Source: an uncultured Chloroflexia bacterium (lineage in GTDB: Bacteria; Chloroflexota; Limnocylindria; Limnocylindrales; CSP1-4). From it: a stretch of DNA of 64,000 bases. This document shows, in pieces, positions 54,715-63,973 of this stretch (its first letter is position 1; every line of letters begins with the position of its first letter). Below the pieces are notes generated by a model, which saw nothing but the letters and a program-made list of their open reading frames with translations, made no database searches and had not been told where the DNA came from. The stretch covers positions 101,028 through 165,027 of the forward strand of contig CAWAGP010000010.1 of assembly GCA_963781705.1 (NCBI GenBank). Direction: 5' to 3'. The position numbers were made by a program, and so were the translations under genes.

Positions 54715-55979
54715 GGTTCGAAGCGTCGAAAGACCGCTACCGCGTTCTGGCCACCGAAGCCGAAGCCGTTGATGATCGCCGTATCCACCCTGGCTTCACG
54801 CGCCACCAAGGGCGTGTAGTCGAGGTCGCACTCGGGCAGGTCCGGGTTGTCGAGGTTGATGGTGGGCGGGATGATGCCCTCTCTTATCGCGCCGATGGCG
54901 GCAAGTGCGTTCAGCACGCCCGCTGCGCCGATCGTGTGGCCGACCATCGACTTGGTCGAGCTGATGTGCACCTTGTGCGCGTGCCCGCCGAACGCAGCTT
55001 TGATGGCCCGCGTCTCGGTCACATCATTGAGTGACGTGCTCGTCCCGTGCGCCGCGATGTAGTCGACCTCGTCGGGCGCGACGCCGGCATCCTTCATCGC
55101 CTTGGTCATGGCCATGCACGCGCCCCGGCCGGTGGGCTCGGGTGCGGAGATATGGAAGGCGTCGGCGGTCAGTGCCGCACCGATCAGCTCCGCCTGGATG
55201 TTCGCGCCGCGCGCCAGCGCGTGCTCGGCCAATTCGATGATCACGACTCCCGCGGCCTCGCCGTACACGAACCCGTCGCGATCCCGGTCGAACGGTCGCG
55301 AGGCGCGTTCCGGCTCGTCGTTGCGCCGTGAAAGCGCGTGCATGTTGCCCAGCGCCGCGAAACCCATCGGCAGTAAGGGCGCCTCCGTGCCGCCGGCGAC
55401 GACGACATCCACCTCGCCCCGCTGGATCATGCGCAACGCGTCGAGGAAGCAGATGATCGAGGTTGCGCACGCCGCCGACTGAGTGATGACCGGCCCGGTG
55501 ATTCCATACTGCATCGACAGCTGGCAGGCGGCCATGGACGCCGACAGGGCCGGAAACGCGAACGGACTGACCGACCCGGGGCCTTTGGTTTCGAGCACGC
55601 TCTGGTTGATGGTGACCTGCTCGATGCCTCCGCCGCCGGTGTTCAGGGCGACGGCCGCGCGGTCGCGCTGTTCGGGCGACCAGGCGCTGAAATCCAAGCC
55701 GGAGTGGGCGACAGCCTCGCCACCGGCGGCCATTCCCAGGTGGACGAAGCGGCTCATCCGGCGGGCCATCTTGCGATCCATCACGGTCGTCGGGTCGAAA
55801 TCCTTGACCTGTGCCGCGATGCGCACGTCGAAGTCGGACGCATCGAACGTGGTGATCGGGCCAACGCCGCTGACGCCGGCCACGAGGTTTCGCCAGAAGG
55901 TCGGGTGGTCGTTGCCGATGGGGGTGATCGCACCGAGGCCGGTGACCACGGCGCGCCGGCTGAGGTCGGTCTGGGGCAA
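54711..55979 (-). CDS. fabF: Beta-ketoacyl-[ACP] synthase II (KAS II) paralogue A
   Basis: Active-site Cys AACATS and His motifs HGTSTSLND and GHTIGAAG, 422 aa. Confidence 0.8.
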   Translation of the reverse strand: MPQTDLSRRAVVTGLGAITPIGNDHPTFWRNLVAGVSGVGPITTFDASDFDVRIAAQVKDFDPTTVMDRKMARRMSRFVHLGMAAGGEAVAHSGLDFSAWSPEQRDRAAVALNTGGGGIEQVTINQSVLETKGPGSVSPFAFPALSASMAACQLSMQYGITGPVITQSAACATSIICFLDALRMIQRGEVDVVVAGGTEAPLLPMGFAALGNMHALSRRNDEPERASRPFDRDRDGFVYGEAAGVVIIELAEHALARGANIQAELIGAALTADAFHISAPEPTGRGACMAMTKAMKDAGVAPDEVDYIAAHGTSTSLNDVTETRAIKAAFGGHAHKVHISSTKSMVGHTIGAAGVLNALAAIGAIREGIIPPTINLDNPDLPECDLDYTPLVAREARVDTAIINGFGFGGQNAVAVFRRFEP

Positions 55980-56092
55980 GGCTTGTGTGACTCCTGGGAA
56001 TTAGCCCGCGAATTGTACCCGCGCGCCCGGGGCGGTCCGGCTGCGCGCAGCGGCAACGGCGACGTGGTTGCGCCGCGTAGGCTTTCCAGTCG

Positions 56093-57472
56093 ATGGACGG
56101 CGTGCTCGATCTGATCGTCCGCAACGCGGACCTGGTCAATGCGACCGGCCGGCGCCGAACGGACATCGGCGTCGCCGGCGGCCGCATCGTTGCGCTTGTG
56201 CACAACGGCGTGCTCGATCAGCCAGCGCGCGAAGTGATCGATGCAGCCGGCTTGGTCGCGCTCCCCGGCCTGATCGACGAGCACGTCCACTTCCGCCAGC
56301 CTGGACTCGAACACGAGGAGGACTGGCTGACCGGGTCACGTGCCGCGGTGATGGGCGGCGTCACGACCGTCCTCGACATGCCCAACACCGTGCCGCCCAC
56401 CGACAGCGTCACCGCCGCGCGCGCCAAGCTCGGCCTCGCCGGGCAGCGATCAATGTGCGACTTTGGCATCTTCGGCCTGGCCGCGCAGAACCTCGGCGCG
56501 CTAGCCGAGATGGTTAGCGCGGGGCTGATCGTCGGGTTGAAGGTCTTCCTGGGCCCGACCACGGGCGGCCAGCCGGCACCATCGGACGACACCCTGCGGC
56601 GAGCGCTGGACTTGGCCCACGGCGCCGGCCTGCGCGTCGGCTTCCACGCCGAAGACGACGAGATCGTCCTCGCCAACGAGGCGCGCCTGCTGGCCGCCGG
56701 CCGGCAGGATGCGGTGGCACATCTTGAGGCTCGCCCCGCTGGGGCAGAGGTAGCGGCCATCGACCGCGCCGGCAGGCTGCTGCATGAGAGTGGCACCGCC
56801 GGCCACATCTTCCACCTCTCGTCGCTCGACGGCCTGGTGGCCGTCGAGCGCTGGCGACTGGCCGGCGTCGACCTGACCTGTGAGGTGACTCCGCACCACT
56901 GTCTTCTCGGCCGCGAGGCGTACGCGGCGGTCGGCGGTGTGGCGCGCGTCAACCCGCCCTTCCGCGGCGAGCCACATGCCGCCGGCCTGCTCGCCGCGCT
57001 GGCCGATGGACGCATCGATTGCCTGGGCAGCGACCATGCGCCGCATCTGCCCACTGACAAGCGACGGGCCTCGATCTGGAGCGTGCCGTCCGGCTTCGCC
57101 GGTGTCGAAACACTGCTGCCGCTGATGCTGACTGCGGTTCACCGGCAGCAGTTGAGCCTGGAGCGGCTGGTCGCGGCCACCTCCGAGCGGCCGGCGCAGA
57201 TCTGGGGCCTTGCCCCGCGCAAGGGACACGTCGCGGTCGGCGCGGACGCCGACCTGACGCTGGTCGATCTGCAGCGGCGCGGAGCGGTCCGCGCCGCCGA
57301 AATGCACGGCAAGAACAACGAGTCGCCGTTCGAGGGCCGCCCGACGATCGGGGCACCGGTGGCGACAATCGTGCGTGGCCGGGTCGTCATGGGCCACGGT
57401 CAGCTGCTCGCGCGGGCCGGCTGGGGGCGCGCGGTGAATGATGAAAACGATCAAGCGCGCTCGCCCAGCTAG
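56093..57472 (+). CDS. Cyclic amidohydrolase (dihydroorotase / allantoinase / dihydropyrimidinase family), most like type-I dihydroorotase
   Basis: HVHFRQPG (HxH metal site), ...FHAEDDE..., ...GSDHAPH..., about 459 aa. Confidence 0.65.
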   Translation: MDGVLDLIVRNADLVNATGRRRTDIGVAGGRIVALVHNGVLDQPAREVIDAAGLVALPGLIDEHVHFRQPGLEHEEDWLTGSRAAVMGGVTTVLDMPNTVPPTDSVTAARAKLGLAGQRSMCDFGIFGLAAQNLGALAEMVSAGLIVGLKVFLGPTTGGQPAPSDDTLRRALDLAHGAGLRVGFHAEDDEIVLANEARLLAAGRQDAVAHLEARPAGAEVAAIDRAGRLLHESGTAGHIFHLSSLDGLVAVERWRLAGVDLTCEVTPHHCLLGREAYAAVGGVARVNPPFRGEPHAAGLLAALADGRIDCLGSDHAPHLPTDKRRASIWSVPSGFAGVETLLPLMLTAVHRQQLSLERLVAATSERPAQIWGLAPRKGHVAVGADADLTLVDLQRRGAVRAAEMHGKNNESPFEGRPTIGAPVATIVRGRVVMGHGQLLARAGWGRAVNDENDQARSPS

Positions 57473-58415
57473 CGCGCAGGATCAACTCATGGAGATCTCC
57501 ACGGCCCAATCCGACACGTTCGTCCGGTTCGTGGACGGCCTGGCCGATGCACTCGCCGGCGACGCCTTGAGCGCCGACGAGCACGCTGCCCGCGCATTCA
57601 TGTCGCGCAGCCATTTCGATCGCGTCATCCGCGCGGTCGCCGGCGAACCGCCGATCGCCTTTCGGCGACGGCTGCTCCTCGAGCGGGCGGCGTATCGACT
57701 GGCCATCGCGGGCGACGACATCCTTGAAATTGCGCTCGAGGCCGGCTACTCGTCGCACGAGGCATTCGTGCGCGCGTTCCGCCGCGCCTACGGCGTCAAC
57801 CCATCCGAGTGGCGCTCGGCACCACGGCAGATCCGGCTGCCGACGCCCAACGACGTGCATTTCCACCCACCCGGCGGCCTGCGGCTGCCGACCCGAAACG
57901 AGGTGACATCAATGGACCTGATCGTGCGCATGGTCGAGCACCACGTGTGGCTGCTCGGCGAAATGGTCGATCGCGCCGCGCGACTCGACGACAAGGCACT
58001 CGACAAGCGCATCGAGCTGTCGGTCGAGGACATCGACGAGGACCAGACAATTCGTTCGCTGCTCTCGCGGTTGATCGGCCAGATGGACATGTGGAACAAC
58101 GTCATTCATGACCGGCCGTACGACTGGGAGGTCGAGAAGCACGAGTCGATCGCCTCGTTGCGCTCGCGGCTGGCGAGCGTGGGCCCGGCGTTCCTGGCCG
58201 AGGTGCGTCGCGTGACGTCCGAGAACCGGCTCGACGAGACCTTCGTCGACGCTCATTGCGAACCGCCGGAGATCTTCACCTACGGCGGCCTGATCGCTCA
58301 TGTACTGACGTTCGCGGCCCATCGCCGGGTGCTCGTCCTGGGAGCGCTCGAGTCGGCCGGCATCGCCGACCTGGGCGCCGGCGACCCGCGCAAGTGGGTG
58401 GCCGAAGCTGCCTGA
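57438..58415 (+). CDS. AraC-type HTH domain fused to DinB_2-like four-helix-bundle domain
   Basis: N-terminal AraC HTH (…IALEAGYSSHEAFVRAFRRAYGVNPSEWR), C-terminal MVEHHVWLLGEM... DinB-like. Alternative start ATG 57489. Confidence 0.6.
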   Translation: MMKTIKRARPASAQDQLMEISTAQSDTFVRFVDGLADALAGDALSADEHAARAFMSRSHFDRVIRAVAGEPPIAFRRRLLLERAAYRLAIAGDDILEIALEAGYSSHEAFVRAFRRAYGVNPSEWRSAPRQIRLPTPNDVHFHPPGGLRLPTRNEVTSMDLIVRMVEHHVWLLGEMVDRAARLDDKALDKRIELSVEDIDEDQTIRSLLSRLIGQMDMWNNVIHDRPYDWEVEKHESIASLRSRLASVGPAFLAEVRRVTSENRLDETFVDAHCEPPEIFTYGGLIAHVLTFAAHRRVLVLGALESAGIADLGAGDPRKWVAEAA

Positions 58416-59567
58416 CTAACCCGCCCTGACGAACGCGGCGAGTTCCGCGATCGCGTCGTCGACGGCCCGGCGCACTTGTGCGCCGGGCCGTTCCGATTCC
58501 CAGTGCAGCCGCCGGACGACCAGCTCATTTGTCTTGCGGTTGCGCTCCGAATCGAGCCGCCCGACGAGTTCGTTGTCGAACAGCACCGGTAGCACGAAGT
58601 GGCCGAACTGCCGCTCCGCCTTGGGCACGTACATCTCGAGCTTGAAGTCGAAATTCCAGATCAGGCTCGTCCGCTCGCGGTCGTAGATCGAGGGATCGAA
58701 CGGGGAAAGGAGCGTGGACCGCGACGAGCCGCCGGAGTCGGCTGCCGCGAGCGCGTCGGGCGTCGCCCACGCCGGTCGCTTCTTGGGGTTGTTCGGCAGG
58801 CTTACGGGGACCATGCGACCGTCTTCGACGAAACGCTCGATCGCCCGTGGCAGCGCCTTCTTGTCGGCCCAATAGGTGCGTGTCTTTATCTGCGCGAGGT
58901 CGGCGACCCCAAAGCGAGCCAGCGCCCCGCTCAGGCGGTGCTCGGCGTACTCGTCGTCGCTCAGCTCGTAGTCCGGCGCGTCGGACGGAATGACGCGTTC
59001 GGCAAGGTCCCACAGGCGTTCCTGGCCCTGGCGGCCGGTGACCAGCACGTCGAGCGCCTTGGCCATGAACTCGAGCATGCGCGTCGTGTTCTTGCCGTGC
59101 GTCCAGCCGCTCGAGCGCCAACCCTCGACCAGCGTGGAGTCGTCAATGTCGCGTGATTGGAGCGGGCCGCGGTCACGCAGTTGGTCGATGACCGAGTCGT
59201 GAAAGGCGCGATTGGTTTCAATCCAGCCCTTGACGCCGGCCCAGCGGTCGATCCACGGCCCGGCCTCGTAACGCAGCTCGGGCAGGCGCTCGATGGGCAC
59301 GAGGAAAGCATTGTGCTCGAGCAGCCGCCGCTCGCGCCACAGCACCCGGTCCAGTTCGTCGCGATCGTACACGCCGAGCCGGCTCCAGAGCACCAGGAAG
59401 TGGGTGCGTTCGACGGTGCGCGTCGGGTCGAGCTGCAGGCTGCCGAAGTGGCGAACGACGCTCAGGATGCCGTCGCCGTTCGCCGCCGGCTGCGCATCCT
59501 TGCTCAGCAGAGAGGCATGGACGGCAATCCGGCGCGCAGCCGCCGGGTCGAGCCGAACGGGGGTCAC
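58416..59567 (-). CDS. Winged-helix DNA-binding protein, YcaQ/AlkZ-like (DUF1006; interstrand-crosslink DNA glycosylase family)
   Basis: 383 aa. ...FGSLQLDPTRTVERTHFLVLWSRLG..., the conserved C-terminal ...HFVLPVLFDNELVGRLD..., and the QxQ-region topology are typical of the YcaQ family. Confidence 0.6.
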   Translation of the reverse strand: MTPVRLDPAAARRIAVHASLLSKDAQPAANGDGILSVVRHFGSLQLDPTRTVERTHFLVLWSRLGVYDRDELDRVLWRERRLLEHNAFLVPIERLPELRYEAGPWIDRWAGVKGWIETNRAFHDSVIDQLRDRGPLQSRDIDDSTLVEGWRSSGWTHGKNTTRMLEFMAKALDVLVTGRQGQERLWDLAERVIPSDAPDYELSDDEYAEHRLSGALARFGVADLAQIKTRTYWADKKALPRAIERFVEDGRMVPVSLPNNPKKRPAWATPDALAAADSGGSSRSTLLSPFDPSIYDRERTSLIWNFDFKLEMYVPKAERQFGHFVLPVLFDNELVGRLDSERNRKTNELVVRRLHWESERPGAQVRRAVDDAIAELAAFVRAG

Positions 59568-59953
59568 TCGGGCAGGGCTTGCTCTTCGAGCGGCACGTCC
59601 CAGTGCGCGTCGAGCAGCTCGAAGCGCCGCTGTTCCTCCCTGCGGTAGGTCTCCCGGTCGGGGAAAAGACGCTCTGAAAGGGCCTCGGGCGTGTGGCCCT
59701 CCATGGCCGCCCAGTCACGGTAGGTGATGCGCACCATGACGTCCCAGTCGGCCCGGCCATCGCCGTGGAAGCGCGGCGTGAACAGTCTTACCTCGAGGAT
59801 GTGGCCGGCACGCATCGCCTCGCGCAGCAGCGGCCAATGGTTGCGCCGGAACAGGTCCAGCCACTCGTCGTGGAAGCCCCAGCGCACCCTGTAGAAGTAC
59901 TCAACGTTCACCGGTTCGGCCATCGCCTGCAGCGCCCTCCTTGCTTGAATCAT
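59564..59953 (-). CDS. Hypothetical protein (possible ABM/Dabb-like alpha+beta fold)
   Basis: About 120-130 aa. An alternative start at ATG 59923 (MAEPVNVEYFY...) has AAGGAGGG 11 nt upstream and may be the true start. It is divergent from arsR. Confidence 0.4.
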   Translation of the reverse strand: MIQARRALQAMAEPVNVEYFYRVRWGFHDEWLDLFRRNHWPLLREAMRAGHILEVRLFTPRFHGDGRADWDVMVRITYRDWAAMEGHTPEALSERLFPDRETYRREEQRRFELLDAHWDVPLEEQALPE

Positions 59954-60049
59954 CGTAGCTGTCGAATGCCCTTGTGCTGCTTCGCCCGCGGGGGCGGCCC
60001 ACGCTTCGCGCCGACTTGACACATGCCGATATGGGCATATATTGCGCAC

Positions 60050-60391
60050 ATGGCCCGCTCAGCGACGACATCGGACGTCTTCAACGCCATTGCCGAGGCA
60101 GACCGCCGCGCGATCCTCGACATGCTCGTCGGCGGTGAGAAGGCAGTTGGCACGATCGTCAGCGGCCTGTCGATGTCCCAGCCGCAGGTCTCGAAGCACC
60201 TGCGCGTGCTGAGCGAGGTGGGACTCGTCAGGGCGCGGGCAGAGGGTCGTCAACGGCTCTACCACCTGGAGGCTGCGCCGCTGCAACCGATGAATGACTG
60301 GCTATCCAAGTTCGAGCGGGCGTGGAACAGCCGGCTCGACCGCGTCGATGACTATCTCGCGGAGCTGCAACGACAAGGAGAGCTGCGATGA
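60050..60391 (+). CDS. ArsR/SmtB family transcriptional regulator
   Basis: FNAIAEADRRAILDML...QPQVSKHLRVLSEVGLV is the ArsR HTH signature, 113 aa. Confidence 0.75.
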   Translation: MARSATTSDVFNAIAEADRRAILDMLVGGEKAVGTIVSGLSMSQPQVSKHLRVLSEVGLVRARAEGRQRLYHLEAAPLQPMNDWLSKFERAWNSRLDRVDDYLAELQRQGELR

Positions 60392-60891
60392 CAGGGACCC
60401 GGCATGGAACGGCGGTCATTGAGTTTCCGAGTGAGCTGGAGGTCCTGATAACGCGGAAGTTCGATGCGCCCATCCAGCTGGTCTACGACGTGTTCACGGA
60501 GACAGAGCATGTGCGCCACACCATCGCCCCGTTCGGCGAGGTGGTGACCGAGTGTTCGTTCGACGCGCGCGTCGGCGGCGAGTATCGCTACACCTTTCTT
60601 GCTCCGGACGACGGGCGGGACATGACTTTTCACGGGGAGTTCCTCGAGATCCAGCCGCCCACGCATATCGTCGACACGTGGCACTACGACGGTTGGCCGG
60701 ACGTGAAGGCGGTCGAGACCGTGGATCTGTCGGAGGAAGACGGGGTCACCACGGTCAGGTGGAACCTGGCCTTCAGCGACAAGGCCGGCCGTGACCACAT
60801 GACGAAGTTCGATGGCATCGCCGCCAACTTCGACAACGTCGAGGACTACCTGCGCTCGCTGATTGCCTCACGCCCAACCGCCGCGGGCTAG
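60388..60891 (+). CDS. SRPBCC family protein (AHSA1/START-like)
   Basis: About 167 aa, ATGA overlap with arsR (the common ArsR-SRPBCC pair). ...ITRKFDAPIQLVYDVFTE... is the typical Aha1-like N-terminal strand. Confidence 0.65.
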   Translation: MTGTRHGTAVIEFPSELEVLITRKFDAPIQLVYDVFTETEHVRHTIAPFGEVVTECSFDARVGGEYRYTFLAPDDGRDMTFHGEFLEIQPPTHIVDTWHYDGWPDVKAVETVDLSEEDGVTTVRWNLAFSDKAGRDHMTKFDGIAANFDNVEDYLRSLIASRPTAAG

Positions 60892-60903
60892 TCCTGCCGC
60901 GGT

Positions 60904-61305
60904 CTACGGACCGCCCTGCAGCGCGTAACCGACGTATGCGTCGTCGTCGAAGCGCACGAAGATGACCGTGGCGCATGGCCCGCTGGCCCACGCGCTGCAG
61001 GCGTTGGCTGGGCACGCCGTCAGGAGGCCGGGATCGGCCACGGCGGGCGCAGACCCGCCGCCTTGCGTGCTCGCGTCCGCGAACGTGACACCGCGCCCGG
61101 TTGCGTCCTTGCTCCAGGACCGGCCACACGTACCTATCGACTGCGGCAGCGAAGCGATGTCGTGAATGGCCGGTTGCCCATGCCACGGCAGCGGCAGGGA
61201 GACCTGCGTTGCGAGCACATTTGCCCCGAGGATAAGCCCCAGGGCGGCAGCGGCGACAACCGCCAACGCCCTCGATGCGGTGGCCACTGTCGTCCTGGCA
61301 ACCAT
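60904..61305 (-). CDS. Hypothetical secreted Cys-containing protein
   Basis: Strong SD (GGAGGGAG, 7-nt spacer). Signal peptide MVARTTVATASRALAVVAAAALGLILGANVLA. Six Cys in the mature part. Confidence 0.45.
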   Translation of the reverse strand: MVARTTVATASRALAVVAAAALGLILGANVLATQVSLPLPWHGQPAIHDIASLPQSIGTCGRSWSKDATGRGVTFADASTQGGGSAPAVADPGLLTACPANACSAWASGPCATVIFVRFDDDAYVGYALQGGP

Positions 61306-61718
61306 CGGCTATCTCCCTCCGGGCGCTGCGGAATGCCGGTTGCGCATTCGGCACTCGGATTGTCGCCGCGGTTCGACGCGCGTCAATGGCCGTCGGAGGG
61401 CGCACTTTTCACGCGTGGAGTGACCGAGGCTGGTGCGGTGCGTGCCATATACGCGCCTGCCGCGTCTTGGGTCCCCCGCACCAGCCTCACGGCTCGCGAG
61501 CCACGTGTGGCGACGGCCTATCGCTGCACCAGCTGCGCGTATGGTGCGCATATGGCAGCCCGGGCATGGCTAACACGCGTGGAGCGCGCATGTGGGCAGT
61601 TTTCGCGGCTTTCTGGCGTTAAGACGCGTGTGGCGCGCGCATGACGCCACAAGCCTCGCCGCAGTCGATCGCGCGGGTGAGTTGCGTCAGAGGTCGCCGT
61701 CGAGCTGCCGCGTTGGGG
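61306..61718. repeat. 413-nt non-coding, repeat-rich intergenic region (multiple CGCG(C)AYRTGG-like motifs and a hairpin)
   Basis: Motifs are ACGCGTGGAG (x2), GCGCATATGGCAG, GCGCGCATGTGGGCAG, GCGCGTATGGTGCGC and GTGCCATATACGCGC. The hairpin is TGTGGCGcgcgcatgaCGCCACA at 61629-61651. No credible ORF. Confidence 0.5.
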
Positions 61719-62993
61719 TCAGTCGCCCTCATAGTGCTTGAAGATGACCGCCCCGTTGTGGCCACCCAGGCCGATGTTGTCGCTCATCGCGTAGCGGATG
61801 CGCATCGGTCGAGCGGTCGGCCCCTGGACGATATTGAGGTTGATCTCGGGATCCTCATCGCGGTAGTTGATGGTCGCCGGCGCGCACTGGTTGTGGACCG
61901 ATAGGACCGTGAACACGCCCTCGACCGCGCCGGCGGCGCCCATCAGGTGGCCGGTCATCGACTTGGTCGCCGAGATCGCCACGTCGGGCGTGTGCTTGCC
62001 GAAGACGGCCCAGATCGCCTCCGCCTCGCGCAGATCGCCGAGCGGCGTCGAGGTCCCGTGCGGGTTGATCAGGTCGATCTCGTCGGAGGGCACGTTATGT
62101 CGCTCCAGCGCCTGGAGCATCGCGCGCCGCGCCCCGTCACCCTTCTCGACCGGCTGGATGAGGTCCCACGCATCGGCGGCCGAGCCGTAGCCTACGACCT
62201 CGGCGTAAACCTTGGCGCCGCGCGCCCGCGCAAACTCGAGGTCCTCGAGCATCAGCGCGCCGGCGCCCTCGCCGAGCACGAAGCCGTTGCGTGTCCTGTC
62301 GAACGGTCGCGACACGGTCTGCAGATCCTCGCCCGGCCGGGGCAGGCCCATGCCGCGCATGTTCGAGAAGCCGATGTGCACCAGCTCGTGGAGCGGGTTC
62401 TCGGTCGAACCGGCCAGCGCAGCGATGTAGTCGCCGCGCCGAATTCCCTCGGCCGCCTCGCCGATGTTGTGCGTACCGGTCGAGCAGGCCGTCACGACAC
62501 ACATGTTCGAGCCGCGGATGCCCGTCTCGATGGCGATCTGGCCCGACGCCGTGTCGGGCAGCATGTTGGCGATGAAGAAGGGCGAGACGGTGCGCGCGCC
62601 GCTCTTCTCCCACTTCTGGACGTTGTCCATCATCAGCTGCGGTCCGCCGCCGCCCGAGCCGAAGATCACGCCGATGTCGTCGCGGTTGCCGTCGTTTATC
62701 TCCAGGCCTGAGTCGGCCAGTGCCTGTCTGGCTGCCGCGACGCCCATGACCACGTTGCGGTCGGTGCGCCGGATGGCCTTGAAGTCCATCCATTGGGTGC
62801 CGTCGAAGTCGTTGATCTCGCCCGACGCCTGCGCTTCGTAGGGCGACGGATCCCAGCGCGTGATGCGCTTGAGCCCCGAACGCCCGTTGGCCAGGTTGTC
62901 CCAAACCGTGTCGACATCCTGCCCAATCGGGCTGATGATGCCGAGGCCGGTGACCGCCACGCGGCGCGAGAAATCGGGTCGGCGAATTGGCAT
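61719..62993 (-). CDS. fabF: Beta-ketoacyl-[ACP] synthase II (KAS II) paralogue B
   Basis: Cys TACSTGTH, His HGTSTPLGD, GHLMGAAG; 424 aa. It starts 3 nt after the fabD stop. Confidence 0.8.
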   Translation of the reverse strand: MPIRRPDFSRRVAVTGLGIISPIGQDVDTVWDNLANGRSGLKRITRWDPSPYEAQASGEINDFDGTQWMDFKAIRRTDRNVVMGVAAARQALADSGLEINDGNRDDIGVIFGSGGGGPQLMMDNVQKWEKSGARTVSPFFIANMLPDTASGQIAIETGIRGSNMCVVTACSTGTHNIGEAAEGIRRGDYIAALAGSTENPLHELVHIGFSNMRGMGLPRPGEDLQTVSRPFDRTRNGFVLGEGAGALMLEDLEFARARGAKVYAEVVGYGSAADAWDLIQPVEKGDGARRAMLQALERHNVPSDEIDLINPHGTSTPLGDLREAEAIWAVFGKHTPDVAISATKSMTGHLMGAAGAVEGVFTVLSVHNQCAPATINYRDEDPEINLNIVQGPTARPMRIRYAMSDNIGLGGHNGAVIFKHYEGD

Positions 62994-62995
62994 GG

Positions 62996-63973
62996 CTAGC
63001 TCTGAGCTCCTGTGGTCGTGAGGAAGGTGGGGATGGCCAGGCCGCCGTCGCCCGACGGATCGTCGAGCGTGGCGGCTTCCGCTTGCGGTGCGATGCGTTT
63101 GATCAGCCCGGTGAGCACCTTGCCCGGCCCGACTTCGACGAAACGATCGACGCCGGCTGCCGACATGTGCTCGACGGCGGCGACCCAGTCGACGCCCCGG
63201 GTGAGGTGCTCGACCAGTTCTGCGCGGCAGGCGTCGGCGGTCTCCAGTGGCCGCGCGTCGGCGTTGGCTAGCAGGGGCGCGCTCGGGTCGTGGAACTCGA
63301 CGCGCGCGAGGACGCCGCGCATTGCCTCTGCCGCGCGCGCCATAAGCGGCGAGTGTGCGGCCACGCTGACGGGCAGCACGATCGCCCGGCGCGCGCCCAG
63401 CGCACGCGCCGCGGCAGCGCCGGCTTCCACCGCCGCGCGCGTGCCGCTGACCACGATCTGCCCGGGCGAATTGCGGTTCGCGACGGTGAACTCACCGTGC
63501 GCCGAGCCCGCGGCCAGGAGTGCCGGGATGTGCTCGTCGTCGAGGCCGATGATGGCGGCCATCGCCCCATCCGACGCCGACGCCTGCATCTGGCGACCGC
63601 GCTCGCGGACCAACCGCAGCCCGTCGTCCAGGCTGACCACGCCGGCCGCGACGAAGGCGCTGTACTGGCCCATCGAGTGGCCGGCCATGAACGCCGGCGC
63701 CAGCCTGGTCTGACCGCCCAACCGTTCCTCGAGCGCGCGCAGCAGCGCGATCGACGTCGCCAAGATGGCCGGCTGCGCGTTGACCGTCTGGTCGAGTTGG
63801 TCCTGGGGGCCGTTGAAGCACAACTCGGAGATTGGCCGTCCGAGCGCCTCATCGGCTGCGCGGAAGACCTCTGCCGCGGCCTCCGACGCGTAGGCCAGGG
63901 ACTGGCCCATGCCGACGTATTGCGAGCCCTGGCCGGGAAAGACGAGCGCGAAACGGTGCACGACGTTGGGCAC
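62996..63973 (-). CDS. fabD: [Acyl-carrier-protein] S-malonyltransferase
   Basis: FALVFPGQGSQYVGMG...GHSMGQYSA (GHSxG) ...VSVAAHSPLM. GTG start 63973 or 63961. The frame stays open to the window end, so the true start and any upstream partner cannot be resolved. Confidence 0.75.
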   Translation of the reverse strand: MPNVVHRFALVFPGQGSQYVGMGQSLAYASEAAAEVFRAADEALGRPISELCFNGPQDQLDQTVNAQPAILATSIALLRALEERLGGQTRLAPAFMAGHSMGQYSAFVAAGVVSLDDGLRLVRERGRQMQASASDGAMAAIIGLDDEHIPALLAAGSAHGEFTVANRNSPGQIVVSGTRAAVEAGAAAARALGARRAIVLPVSVAAHSPLMARAAEAMRGVLARVEFHDPSAPLLANADARPLETADACRAELVEHLTRGVDWVAAVEHMSAAGVDRFVEVGPGKVLTGLIKRIAPQAEAATLDDPSGDGGLAIPTFLTTTGAQS

